Of a stretch of DNA of 64,000 nucleotides, positions 50,336-62,394 are shown piece after piece. Source of the stretch: Octopus sinensis (lineage: Eukaryota); assembly GCF_006345805.1 (NCBI RefSeq), contig NC_043007.1, positions 77,438,001-77,502,000 of the forward strand. The letters are read 5' to 3'. The notes under the pieces were generated by a model. It searched no databases. It saw only the letters and a list, made by a program, of their open reading frames with translations, and was not told the origin of the DNA. Each line of letters opens with the position of its first letter. The first letter of the stretch is position 1. The position numbers and the translations under genes are program-made.

Positions 50336-50944
50336 AATCAGTTGACACAAGTGTTAATATCCGACACTAATATGTGAAAATACAAACCGGAATATTCCTG
50401 CCTTATCTATTTAATACCATGTCCTCCTATTGCGCCCTCAGATGTTTCTTTATAACAATGCCATTATCAGCAATTAAAATTTATAGTAAACGGCGGAAAA
50501 ACATACTTCTTTATTATTCTACTTCAAGCTGAAAATAACTAGGGAAAAGTAAATATACGCACAAACAGACAGTAATACTGAGAGATCTACTTATCCACGC
50601 GCTTAGAGACACTCACACATATAATATATAAGCACGTTTATGTAATGTAGTGCTTAAAGTACTTTTAATATATGCTCCTTCCTTATCTATTTCGTCCTCC
50701 TTTTCAGTCGCTATCGAATTTCTCATGTATAGCATATCCTGTTCTCTCATTCAGGAACTTCTCTACTCACACACTTCAGACTCGTTCGTCTCTCAGGCCC
50801 CATCTTCAACCAAGCAGTATCCATTGTCAATTCCCGGACACAGCTCTAACAGGGACTCACATCTCTTACTATTCTGAGAAATTAGGGATCGGACAACTAT
50901 CAATATCTATCTGTATATCTATCTACTTCTCTCTCTCCCTCTGT

Positions 50945-50985
<41 letters not shown>

Positions 50986-51018
50986 TTTTTTTTATATATA
51001 TATATATATATATATAAG

Positions 51019-51058
<40 letters not shown>

Positions 51059-51196
51059 CTTATAAATAAGGGCAAACGAAAAAATTTCTAATGCCAAATA
51101 TGCCGAAATTAGACACTTTGTCCATAACCATACAATTTTTCACAATACGCACACTACTCAAAAAAGGTCGACAGAAATTTCTAAAAAATTCTATTA

Positions 51197-51256
51197 TTAC
51201 CATATCGAACCGATTTCAGGGTTAGTTCATAAGAACCCTCCCTTCGTCAGTGATAA
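51197..51256 (-). ncRNA. Hammerhead ribozyme motif (type I topology) with a complete stem III, in a PLE-type tail ending at (TA)n
   Basis: UUAUCA CUGACGA AGGG-A-GGGUUC-UUAU-GAACUA-A-CCCU GAA AUCG-GUU-CGAU A UGGUAA. Confidence 0.8.
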
Positions 51257-51970
51257 ATGTGGCAAAGAAATAAATGAGATACTTACTCATACCCATGGAA
51301 GAAGCAAACTCTAAGTCATGAGCACAATTAAGTACCCCAAATACATCCAAAATAGAAATTGTCCAGCCCATTTGAGATACGTGCCATTTGAACTGAGACT
51401 CTCACAGATTGAGAGAGTCAGGAAGTGAACACTATGTATGTATGTATGTATGTATGTATGTATGTATGTATGTATGTATGTATTGCGTCATAACGTTCCC
51501 CGCCATTAGAGAGCAGTGCAGAAGTAAACCTAAACGATCGTTGTCCTAAATAAAAAAGAACCTCCAGTACACTCTCTTCCGTATTAATCATTTAGAATAC
51601 ACTTGCTCAACCTGCTCCGAAAAATTCCTTACGTAGATCCAACAACGAAACTGCACTACCCCTGGACGCTGCAAGCTACCACTACAAGAGACATTCACAT
51701 AACAAGGTTTGAATTCTACACGTTAAAGTCTCCTACCGGAGCTTTAATTCTAAATACAACTAAGAACTCCTTAAATATATGTTCAATCCTACGGGAACTA
51801 GAAGTTCAATGAAAGGCAATTTAGAACCACAAAAAGACTAGATATAAAAACTTCACAGTCATGAAACGCATCAAACGTATACAACCATTATCAGCTACCA
51901 AACGGATATCATTATAAGAGAGATAGAGGGAGAGAGAGGGAAATTTACTACTGTATGAATCATATATATA

Positions 51971-52365
51971 TCTTTATATATAAAAGTCAAGTTGTGTGTC
52001 TGTCTCCTACGATTTAGATTCCTAACTACTCCAACATTTTGCGGTGCAGTGTAACCAAAACCGGGTATCTTATAGTCGTGATTCATATCGAGCCCTTCTG
52101 GGTATTAGCGTGCGTCTACGATGAGTCTACGATTTAAAAAAAAAATTACCATCATTTTCTTCCATTTTAATGCATTTTTTCGCTATTATATAAGGGAAGT
52201 AACTCTCTAAAAATGTCTACGATGAGTCAACGATTTAAAAAAAAAATTACCATCATTTTTCCACTTTTAATGCATTTTTTTGCTATTTTTTGGCTATAAC
52301 TCTCTAAAAATGCTTATATAGTTATTTCCCTTACAAACCCGAGCAACGCCGGGCGATACTGCTAG
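51971..52365 (+). mobile_element. Non-autonomous Helitron family H2
   Basis: A|TCTTTATATATAAAAG...CCCGAgcaacgCCGGG-cgatactg-CTAG|T; copies at 57874 and 61795. Confidence 0.85.
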
Positions 52366-52379
52366 TATATATATATATA

Positions 52380-52545
52380 TAATACAGTTCTATATCTAAG
52401 AGATTGGGAATTATGTATATTATTTACATTTGACGGATATTTGTCCTCAGCTTGTTTGTTGTTAACACAACGTTTCGGCTGATATAACCTCCAGCCTTCG
52501 TCAGGTGTTTTGGGGAAATTTCGAAACTGGGTTCTCATTCGATGT
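52380..52545 (-). mobile_element. PLE-type terminal repeat
   Basis: Carries a hammerhead; ends at (TA)n; related fold-back at 9479-9600. Confidence 0.75.
52465..52508 (-). ncRNA. Minimal hammerhead ribozyme motif, intact core
   Basis: ACAC CUGACGA A GGCUG-gagguuauau-CAGCC GAAA CG UU GUGU. Confidence 0.85.
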
Positions 52546-52572
52546 TGTTATTATTATTATTATTATTATTAT

Positions 52573-53110
52573 TGAGTGCGAGAGTAGTGCATGCCATCAA
52601 AGTGACACTGGGTTAAAATATACGAAGCCCAGTATACCTATCATGACTACCCGTCTGATAAGGGTACACTAGGCACATGCAATCAACCATGTGTGCGCGA
52701 CATGGTGATCTGATATCAAGATAAACAACACATGATCTTGCAGGTGGGGCCCTCTGTTCGAGTAACCCATCCCGCTCAAAAGTCCCTGAATAAGGGTTGT
52801 TTAAGAATGTTGAACGAAACACCCATGTTTCCAGAGGTGAATAATTCAAGCCCCAAAGAATCCCTCTCAACACATGGCTATGATGCTCCCCCACTACTTC
52901 TGCTCGTGATCAAAGATGCACATATCGTCGGCCACAAGGAACATGCTCAACTGGTTAAGGTCAAACAACTGACAAACAAATCTGTGTTATTGAGCAGAAT
53001 ATTTGCTGTAGACCATCTTTTATAGCAAGACAAAACAATGTACATGATAACACTTCCAATCAGTTAAGATGAGAAGCCATCAGAGCCACTGCCTTGTGCA
53101 GCATCAGGGC

Positions 53111-53113
<3 letters not shown>
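52573..53113 (-). mobile_element. Family T element, full length
   Basis: Minus strand AAATGCCCTGATGC...GCACTACTCTCGCACTC-AATAAT; (TAA)n on both sides. Confidence 0.85.
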
Positions 53114-53145
<32 letters not shown>

Positions 53146-53156
53146 TATTATTATTA

Positions 53157-54744
53157 TTTTATTTTTTCCTTCTTTCTTCAAATCTTCTTCCGTTTCTCGC
53201 CGAGTGTTTTCCATACACCTAGGGCAGAGAAGGGCATTGTATGCATTCCCAGATTACACGCAAATTCACAGATAAAATATGTATTTAAAAATTAATAAAT
53301 AAATAAATTCATGGATGGATATTATTTTCACAACGATAGTGCTCTTCTCAGTACATGAGCCGTTCCAGTTAATACGATTTTTTGCACTTCCTGTAGGGAT
53401 GGTAAGCCTGGAATCATTTCCAAATAGGTTTCAGTACCTTTTTTTATCATTCCTAGAGATCCTACAATCACTGGTACTGTAGTCGCCTTGAGATGCCACA
53501 TTTTTTTCAATTTCTATTAGCAGGTCTTTATATTTACTAATCTTGTCAAATTCTTTCGCCGCTATATTGTGATCACAGGAAATACTCATGTCAATTAATA
53601 AACACATCCTTTTTGTCTGATCTTTTATAATGATATCCGGTTTATTAGTTTTTAGTCCTGTCGGTCTGCACGGGGAAGTCCCATAGAATCGACACATTTT
53701 CTCCCTCAGTCACAGCTTCAGGATGATGTTTATACCATTTGTCAGCGGTTTTGATTTTATAATGCCGACATATTGTCCAATGTAAATACTGGCCGACTCT
53801 GTCATGTCTTGCTTTATATTCTGCAGGTGCTAAGACTCAACACCCTGAGATTAGGTGGTCTATTGTTTCAATCTTATCGTTACAGAATCGGCATTTTGGG
53901 TCAACTCCATTTTTCATCACATTGGCTTGGTAGTTCCGGGTTAATAAGCTTTGGTCTTGAGCAGCTAATATGAAACCTTCACTCTCTGCTTTTAGCCTTG
54001 AGCTTCGTAACCATTGGTGCGTGTGTTTCTGGTCGACATCAGCTTGTTTGCTACGGGCCACATACTTGCCATGGAGAGGTTTCTGTTCCCATCTGCTAGC
54101 TAAATTTTCATGTGCTTTTGTCTTTGCAGTTAATTTTCTTTTCTTTGCAGCTGCAGTTGGCGCATTTCCTTCAGCCTGATCAATCTGGTGGGTATCTAAG
54201 AGATCAGCAGCGAATTTTTTGCTCTCTTTGAGAATAGAGTGGAGTCTTTTCAGTCTTTCATGTTTTTCAACAAGTTTTAGCATCCAACCGTTGGTTGCTT
54301 GAAGGTATTTGGCCAGTCCGATTGTGGTGGTTTTGTATGTAAGTTCAAGCTGGATCAAACCTCGACCTCCCTGAGCTCTGGGAAGGTAAAGGCGATCCAC
54401 GTCTGCCTTTGGATGGTGCATCTTATTACAAGTCAGTAGCTTGCGGATTTTTCTGTCAATTTTCATTATTTCACTGGTATTCCAGTTAAGCACATTGAAG
54501 CTATATAGAACAACTGGTACTGCTAAGAAATTTATGGCTAACACCTTATTATATGCATTCAGCTCAGACTTCAGGACTGCTCGTACTCTTCTATAACATT
54601 CTTTCCTAACCTTCTCTTTCATGCTTGCATGCTAGATACCAGAGCCTTCATTTATTCCTAGGTATTTATAGGTTTGTTCCTGCTCAAGTTCCTTTATTAT
54701 TATTTCGACATCTAATTCGATTGAACTAGACTTTACCAATTTCC
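53157..54744 (-). mobile_element. 5'-truncated R4/Dong-like LINE
   Basis: HHPKADVDRLYLPRAQGGRGL, WEQKPLHGKY, EGFILAAQDQSL.TRNY, CCHC finger CRFC...HLISGC, NKPDIII...LIDMSI, KYKDL; (TAA)n both sides. Confidence 0.9.
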
Positions 54745-54806
<62 letters not shown>

Positions 54807-54809
<3 letters not shown>

Positions 54810-56004
54810 TAGTTTTATTTTTATAGCGTGCTTTCACTTCACTACCGAGCGCAGCTCTGTGTGCCTTGGGTATGTGCTGTGATTTGTTGTGATGCTCTGA
54901 TGGTTATTGTATGGAAAGTGTTCTGCGTAGGATGTGTGCAGTGCCTAGTAGTGCAATTTTCTGTATGTTATATGTGTTTGTAAGTCCTGGTGTTTTTGTT
55001 ATGTATTTGTCTGAATATTTTTTATCATGCCTAATGCACCTACTATGATAGGAATTGTTTCTGTTTTCAGATTCCACATTCTAGTTACCTCTATTTCCAG
55101 GTCTTTGTATTTTGAGAGTTTCTCCATTTCTTTTGGAGACACGTTGTCATCAGCCGGTATTGATACATCAATTAGAAAGCATTTTTTTTCTTCGTGGTCT
55201 CTGACAACTATATCTGGTCTGTTGGCCTTACTTTCTCTATCTGTGTGTATCGGCATATCCCAGAGTATGGTTGCTTTCTCGTTTTCTGTGACCTTTTCTG
55301 GTGTGTGCCTATACCATATTTTTTCTGTTGTTATTCCATAATGTTGGCATAGCTTCCAATGTATGTAGGTTCCAACTCTGTCATGTCTGTGAATATATTC
55401 CTTCTTAGCCAGGACTGGGCAGCTAGAGATAATATGATTTATTGTTTCTTGTCCATCTCCACATATTCTGCAGTTACTTGTAATATTTCTTTTCATTACA
55501 TGTTTTTGGTAATTTCTGGTGGGGAGGCTTTGGTCTTGTGCTGCAATTAAAAATCCCTCTGTCTCTGCTTTGAGTCCTGAGCTTCTCAACCATTGCTGGG
55601 ATTTTTCTTTGTCTATTTCTTTTGCGTTTAGTTTAGTGCAGTATTTACCATGAAGGGGCTTTTCTTGCCATCGTTTTATCATGGTTCGTTGCTGTTCTAT
55701 TTTTAGTTTGGATTTCATTTGTTTTATAGCTTTTGTTGTTTCTTCATCTTCTTCTTCTTCATGTTTATTAGGTGGTATGATTTCTTGTTTGTATTTGTCA
55801 GCTTCCTTAAATACTGAGAACAGTTTTTTGTTTTGCTCGTGTTTTGCCGCTATTTGTATCAGTTTTCCTTCCTTCTGAAGTAGATATTTTTGCAGTCCTA
55901 TGGTGGTTATTTTATAGTAGTTTTCCAGCTGTATACCACCTTCTATACGTTGTATATATAGTCTTTCTATGTCAGATTTTAGGTGATGCATCCTAGATCC
56001 TGTC
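54807..56004 (-). mobile_element. Second 5'-truncated R4/Dong-like LINE (different subfamily)
   Basis: ORF 54999-56006: CRICG...HIISSC, RHD, ILWD.PIHTD...NRPDIVV...LIDVSIP, KYKDL (PD-(D/E)xK-type REL endonuclease). Confidence 0.9.
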
Positions 56005-56014
56005 ATTATTTTTC

Positions 56015-56358
<344 letters not shown>

Positions 56359-57001
56359 TTTTTAAAAGGATTGACGTAACTCTTCACAAAGGTAAACAGT
56401 CAAGACGAAGAGCGCGATTCGATTGTAAGATATTTTATTGGTTGAACGATATTTCAACAGCACGTCTGTCTTTGTCAAGTTCAAAATAAGAAGTGATAAA
56501 AATTCAAAATTATAGAAATTTAAACGTAAAGTATGAACGAGAGCAACCAGCGTCCATATGTTGATGGAATGACATCATCAGTTTTTAAGTTACAATTTTA
56601 TAACAGGCGGAAAGGAAAAGACAGAAATAAACAGAAAAAAGAAGACGACAGAAAAAAGGAAAGAAAAAGAGAGAAAGAAGAATATTTAATCAAACAGTTT
56701 TGTATAAATTTGATGATATTCTCATGTCATCTTATTCAATCCTCCAGGGCGTGATGTTAATAACCCGCAAACGTATTTCTCCTCATACATTCTGAGAAGT
56801 GAAAGTGAAGTAGATTCAGAATATTTTCTGAGAATATGCACTTTCAAGTCTTCTTTAAAATTGAAGCCGCTTGAAACGAAATGTTCAGCAAGTTCTGTCG
56901 AACTACTGTTATTGTGCCTGACGTCGAATCTGTGCCCATTAAACCTTTTGTTTAGTTGTTAAGTTGTGTTTCGTGCATTCTGCAGCGTACACCAAATGGG
57001 T

Positions 57002-57387
57002 GGAGGCGCAATGGCCCAGTGGTTAGGGCAGCGGACTCGCGGTCGTAGGATCGCGGTTTCGATTCCCAGACCGGGCTTTGTGCGTGTTTACTGAGCGAAA
57101 ACTCCTAAAAGCTCCACGAGGCTCCGGCAGGGGATGGTGGTGATCCCTGCTGTACTCTTTCACCACAACTTTCTCTCACTCTTACTTCCTGTTTCTGTTG
57201 TACCTGTATTTCAAAGGGCCGGCCTTGTCACTCTCTGTGTCACGCTGAATATCCCCGAGAACTACGTTAAGGGTACACGTGTCTGTGGAGTGCTCAGCCA
57301 TTCACACGTTAATTTCACGAGCAGGCTGTTCCGTTGATCGGATCAACCGGAACCCTCGTCGTCGTAACCGACGGAGTGCTTCCATCC
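57002..57387 (+). mobile_element. SINE F4 (head 2 plus tail B)
   Basis: Near-identical to 9838-10217. Confidence 0.9.
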
Positions 57388-57873
57388 ACACCAAATGGGA
57401 ATCTTTACATGTTCCACCTTCTGTATAAATCATAACATTTCTGTTAAGATTTCTAATGAAATTCACTTCACTCATGTTGTTGCACAACGAACAAGGCTCA
57501 CTTTTCTTGCGGCTGTTCTTTAAGGTACAGCGTGCAGATACTCCAACGTTCGTTTTCTTGGAGTCAGATATAGAGGTCAATCATTCTCTTATATAGGCGG
57601 CGGGTGATGCAAAAGTTGGTATACAATAAGTAGCACATCTATGTTATACTTAATTCATTAAAATTATTAGCACATTAAATTAGTTAGCCTCGTTTTCCAT
57701 ATTTTCAGTGTCATCCCATAAATAATGCGGTTTTTTCAATTGCATGGACTTAAAAGTCGGAGGAGTACGGGATCAAATACCTGCATCAACTTGCTATAAA
57801 AGCAGGTGGTAATTTTACCTTATCCTTATTCTTAGTGCAAGTTTTGAAGAGTGCAGTTCGATTTTATCAGTTA

Positions 57874-58265
57874 CTAGCAGTATCGCCCGGCGTTGCTCGG
57901 GTTTGTAAGGGAAATAACTATATAAGCATTTTTAGAGAGTTATAGCCAAGAAATAGCAAAAAAATGCATTAAAAATAGGAAAAAATGATGGTAAATTTTT
58001 TTTTAAATCGTTGACTCATCGTATACATTTTTAGAGAGTTACTTATTTAATAGCGAAAAAAATGCATTAAAATGGAAAAAAATGATAGTAAATTTTTTTA
58101 ATATCGTAGACTCATCGTAGACGCGCGCTAATACCCAGACGGGCTCGATATGAATCACGACTATAAGATACCCGGTTTTGGTTAAACTGCACCGCAAAAT
58201 GTGGGAGTAGTTAGGAATCTAAATCGTAGGAGACAGACACACAACCTTACTTTTATATATAAAGA
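57874..58265 (-). mobile_element. Helitron H2 copy
   Basis: TC...CTAG termini and hairpin; homologous to 51971-52365. Confidence 0.85.
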
Positions 58266-58382
58266 TTTTTTCGAAGCTATAATGGAAGTGACAAAGGAGC
58301 ATATTCGGCGTATTTTGTTTTATGAGTCCAATAAAGGCAACAACGGAACCGGAAGTGCGAGTAGTATTAATGCAGTATATAT

Positions 58383-58611
58383 ATTTCTTTACTACCCACA
58401 AGGGGCTAAACACAGAGGTGATAAACAAGGACAGACATTTAATTAAGTCGATTACATCGACCCCAGTGCGTAACTGGTACTTAATTTATCGACCCCGAAA
58501 GGATGAAAGGCAAAGTCGACCTCGGCGGAATTTGAACTCAGAACGTAACGGCAGACGAAATACGGCTTCGCATTTCGCCCGGCGTGCTAACGTTTCTGCT
58601 AGCTCGCCGCC
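58383..58611 (-). mobile_element. F1 SINE monomer
   Basis: One head, one body, one tail. Confidence 0.85.
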
Positions 58612-58929
58612 TTAATTAATGCAGTATATAGGGATCAGACAAGAAGCGTGAGGGACAAGTGAATTTTGGAAGAGGGCCCTTGCACGTCTTCCAGATGGAT
58701 GGAAGAGCAATGTAGAAAATGAAGGAGAGTATATTTTAGATTAAAAAAAGAATGAAAAAACCGCGTTATTTATGGACTGACCCAATATATTTATCACAAC
58801 TATAATAATACTTATAAGCATAACTTAGAATTGTTTTAATAAAAATAAATGACCATTGTACATCTTTTCTTTTTTCATAACTGTATACCTACTTTTGCAC
58901 TACCCTGTATATGTGTGTGTATGTATGTA

Positions 58930-58971
<42 letters not shown>

Positions 58972-58981
58972 CATACATACA

Positions 58982-59017
<36 letters not shown>

Positions 59018-59235
59018 TATATATACATGAGAGGTATCGGTATCCGGAAGACCCAAGTTGGCAGGTAAGGCGATATAAGTGCTACGGGAGGACCGTAGTT
59101 AGACTCTCTGTTCGATAATAATACGAGTGAGGAGTCTAATGCGGGTCTTCTATGAGCATGTATATGTTAAATAAAATGAGACAACAAAACCAAGACTGTG
59201 TGGAATTTAGAGGACATTTATTAAAAAGAATGGTA

Positions 59236-59283
59236 GTCTTACAGCTGTTTCTGGGATATTAAGGATATCCCTTCATCGGCGAC
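59236..59283 (-). ncRNA. Hammerhead-like motif, slightly decayed
   Basis: GUCG CCGAUGA A GGGAUAU-ccuua-AUAUCCC A GAA ACAGCUGU A AGAC; palindromic stem III; U4C change and a stem I mismatch. Confidence 0.65.
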
Positions 59284-59949
59284 GATTTGAGAGAGTTAAC
59301 TAGAGGGAAATAGAGTTCAATATAAGGAGTTATTTTGGAAAACGATGTATATAGGAAGTATAAAAGGAAATAAGAGAATAAATATAGAAGTAAAAATATA
59401 TGTAGGATGTTACAGTTGCAGTTCTATTATCTAAGGAAAGTGGTATTTAGAATGGGTAGAAATGCTTCTTGTCCATAGTATGTAGATTCCGATAGGAGTT
59501 CATATTTTGTTATTACAAGTGGATAGTGTAGACATAAATTCCATAAATTCGTTCAAAGGTGTCCTATGGTCTTGTGTAGAAGTTGACGTGTGGTTTTTCA
59601 TGAGATGTATGCACACATGTGTGTGTATGTGTGTGCGTGTGTCTGTGGCCAAACAGTGTGTATATGTACGGAGTATATATGCGGGCGAAAGTTATTTTTG
59701 TCTATGTATGTTGCGTGTTTTAAAGAGTGTAGCGTGTATATGTATATATAGCCTGTGTTCAGGAATTATGTGCTTGTGTGTGTGTGTGGGAATGTGCATG
59801 ATAGCATATAGTCTGTTCTGAGTTTAGCAGTGTATGTGGTTGCTCATAGTGGTACGAGGGGTGATGCTATTGAAGATTGTACGTAACTATGTGGATGATG
59901 GTGTGTGGTGTGGGTGCTGGGAAGTGGTCAATGCTAGTTTGTGAAGAGT

Positions 59950-61460
59950 GGTATGGGGTTGGTATCAAATGAAGAGAGGAGATGAGGTTGGTGTCAGATG
60001 AAGTGAGTTGCGCTCATGTGGAGCAAAGGAGCGAAGAGAAAAGATTAATTCCGGTTCATGGCAAAGGCGAGAGTCCGGATGGCCACTGTGCAAAGACAGT
60101 CTGAACGCAGACAGAAGTTGTAGCGAATGACCGGTAGAGTGGAAATGGAGCGAGACCTGGGTGTCATTGCCGAGTCTGATGTCTCGGAGTTATTCTGCAA
60201 ACCGGTCGGCCAAGCGGCGTCCCGTTTGACCGATATACAGGGAAGGATAGAGAAAATAGGAGATGCAGTAAATGACGTTACTAGAAGTGCAGGTAAAGGA
60301 GTCGGTGGTGTGATAATATGGTAATGGGTACCTGTGAGGATGGTGGTGTTGGAGAGGTAAGGGCAAGTGCGACAGCGTGGGCGGGATCAGGGCAACAAGC
60401 CAGGCTGGGAAGTTGGGTTGGGGAAGAAAGTGTGGACCAGGAGGTCAAGCAGATTATGGGCTCATATGAAGGAGGGAAGGAGTTAGTTGGGGAAGATATG
60501 TGAGGTGGAGGGGTCGGACTGGAGTCGCTGGAAGGCTCGGAGAATGGGCGTTAGAAGGGCAGGGAAGAGGGGTGGTAGGTGAGGGGAAACGGAAGACGGG
60601 CAACGACGGGGCGGGTGCGAGGAGAAAGAACAGCGGCACGGTCCACAGATCGTCCCCTGACAAGGGCAGTGTGGACAGTGGTGAAGGGATATTCACGTCG
60701 GATGAAGTGGCGTGCCATGAGTTGAGACTGAGTCTCAAAGTCATGGTTGTCACTGCAGAGCCCGCGCAGATGGAGGAATTGGGAGTAGGAAATGGAGAGC
60801 TTGGTGTGGGTAGGGTGGAAGGAGGATAAGCTAATGTAGGAGTGCGTGTCAGTGTTTGTAGTGGATGGAGGTAATGAGAGCGATGAGGTGTATTCTGACA
60901 GAAATGTCGAAAAATTCGATGGAAGAGTTAGTGATGGCACAGGAGGATTCGAAGGCAGGATAGAAGGATTGGACAAAAGAAAGGAAGGAGTCTAGTTGTT
61001 TGCGGGAGAGTGAGGTCGTGTCGATACATTCATTGATATAACGACCGTATAGTTAGGGAGTGGGACTAGTGAATTGTGAGAATATTTGGGCTTCAACGTA
61101 GCCAACGAACAGGTTCGCTTAGTTGGGGGCCCATTCTCGTTCCCGTGGCCACCTACGAGACCTATTGGTAAAAATCCCCCGCGAACAAGAAGCAGTTGAG
61201 GGAGAGAACAAGTTCAGTCAGACGAAGAAGTGTGGAGGTGTCACGTTGGGGGTCAGGTCGAAGGTCCAGAAAGTATTTCAGCGCAAGAAGTCCTTCGTTG
61301 TATGGGATCACCGTATATAAATTCTTGATATCAAAAGTGAACAGAAATTAGAGGGGCCGGAAGGGAAGAAGAAAGAGTTAAAGAGATGGAGAGCATGGTT
61401 AGTGTCGTAGATGTGGGAGGGGAGGGAAGCCATTATATATGTAGAGAGAGTGTGTTCGGA
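59950..61460 (-). mobile_element. Decayed Penelope-like element (Neptune-type): RT plus Cys linker plus GIY-YIG endonuclease
   Basis: LFTFDIKNLYTVIP, GTRMGPN*ANLFVGY, RYINE (RYIDD relic), DTHSYI...HP.HTK.SI.YSQFL.L..LCS, RPRCRTC, FTCTSSNVIYCI...LYIGQTGRRLADRFAE. Confidence 0.9.
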
Positions 61461-61469
61461 GTTAAATTC

Positions 61470-61760
61470 AACGATATTTTATGTCTCTTTTTCCAGTAAC
61501 CGCTTCGTTTCTCTTTTTCATTCAGCATCTTTTTTCCGGTCATTTCATCATCTTAAACCGTTAATCCCTACACATTCTTTCTCTATCCGTTTCCCCCACG
61601 CCCTTTTGTTCTTACTCCGCTGTTTTTCTTCCTCTTTAGCCTTTCTATCGAAGAGCGTAGGCTCGAAACGTCAAAGACTTTTCCATTCTTCCCGAGCGTT
61701 AAACTAATACACCTGATTGTGTTCCTTTACCTGTCTTCGTCTTTTGTTTTCTGTGAATTT

Positions 61761-61765
<5 letters not shown>
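61470..61765 (+). mobile_element. PLE-type terminal repeat, inverted relative to the adjacent PLE ORF
   Basis: Pyrimidine-rich, carries a hammerhead-like motif, ends at (TA)n; same family as 22805-22990. Confidence 0.7.
61641..61676 (+). ncRNA. Minimal hammerhead-like motif, variant core
   Basis: CUUU CUAUCGA A GAGC-GUAG-GCUC GAAA CG UC AAAG. Confidence 0.55.
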
Positions 61766-61794
<29 letters not shown>

Positions 61795-61795
<1 letters not shown>

Positions 61796-62188
61796 TAGCA
61801 GTATCGCCCGGCGTTGCTCGGGTTTGTAAGAGAAAAAACTATATTACCATTTTTAAAGATGTAAAGTATAATAGCCATCTTAATATGGCTAACCACAAAG
61901 GGAGTGTTACTGTAGCTTTTTACGTTCTGAGATTTAATAATACATTTTTAGAGAGTTACTTCCCTTATATAATAGCAAAAAAATGCATTAGAAATGGGAA
62001 AAAATTATGGTAATTTTTTTTTTAAATCGTAGACTCATCGTAGACGCGCGCTAATACCCAAAAGGGCTCGATATGAATCACGACTATAAGATACCCACTT
62101 TTGGTTACACTGCACCGCAAAATGTAGGAGTAGTTAGGAATTTAAATCGTAGGAGACAGACACACAACTTCACTTTTATATATAAAGA
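61795..62188 (-). mobile_element. Helitron H2 copy
   Basis: TC...CTAG termini and hairpin. Confidence 0.85.
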
Positions 62189-62394
62189 TATATATATATA
62201 TATATAGTGTTGAACTAAACGTAACCATATTTCATGTCTCCTTTTTCCCTATGAGGAATTACCATGGATGTTTATTCTACTTGCATTTATTGGTGTCTCA
62301 TTCTTTGAAATAGTTTACTAAGAGCATTTAACATTGAGTGCTTTATTGATATCAGTCTGGATTTTTTATCCCTTTTACTGCTTATATATACAGG

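Noticed and set aside
54999-56006. 335-aa ORF as a host gene
   Set aside because: It is the C-terminal part of a REL-type LINE, starting mid-protein and flanked by (TAA)n.
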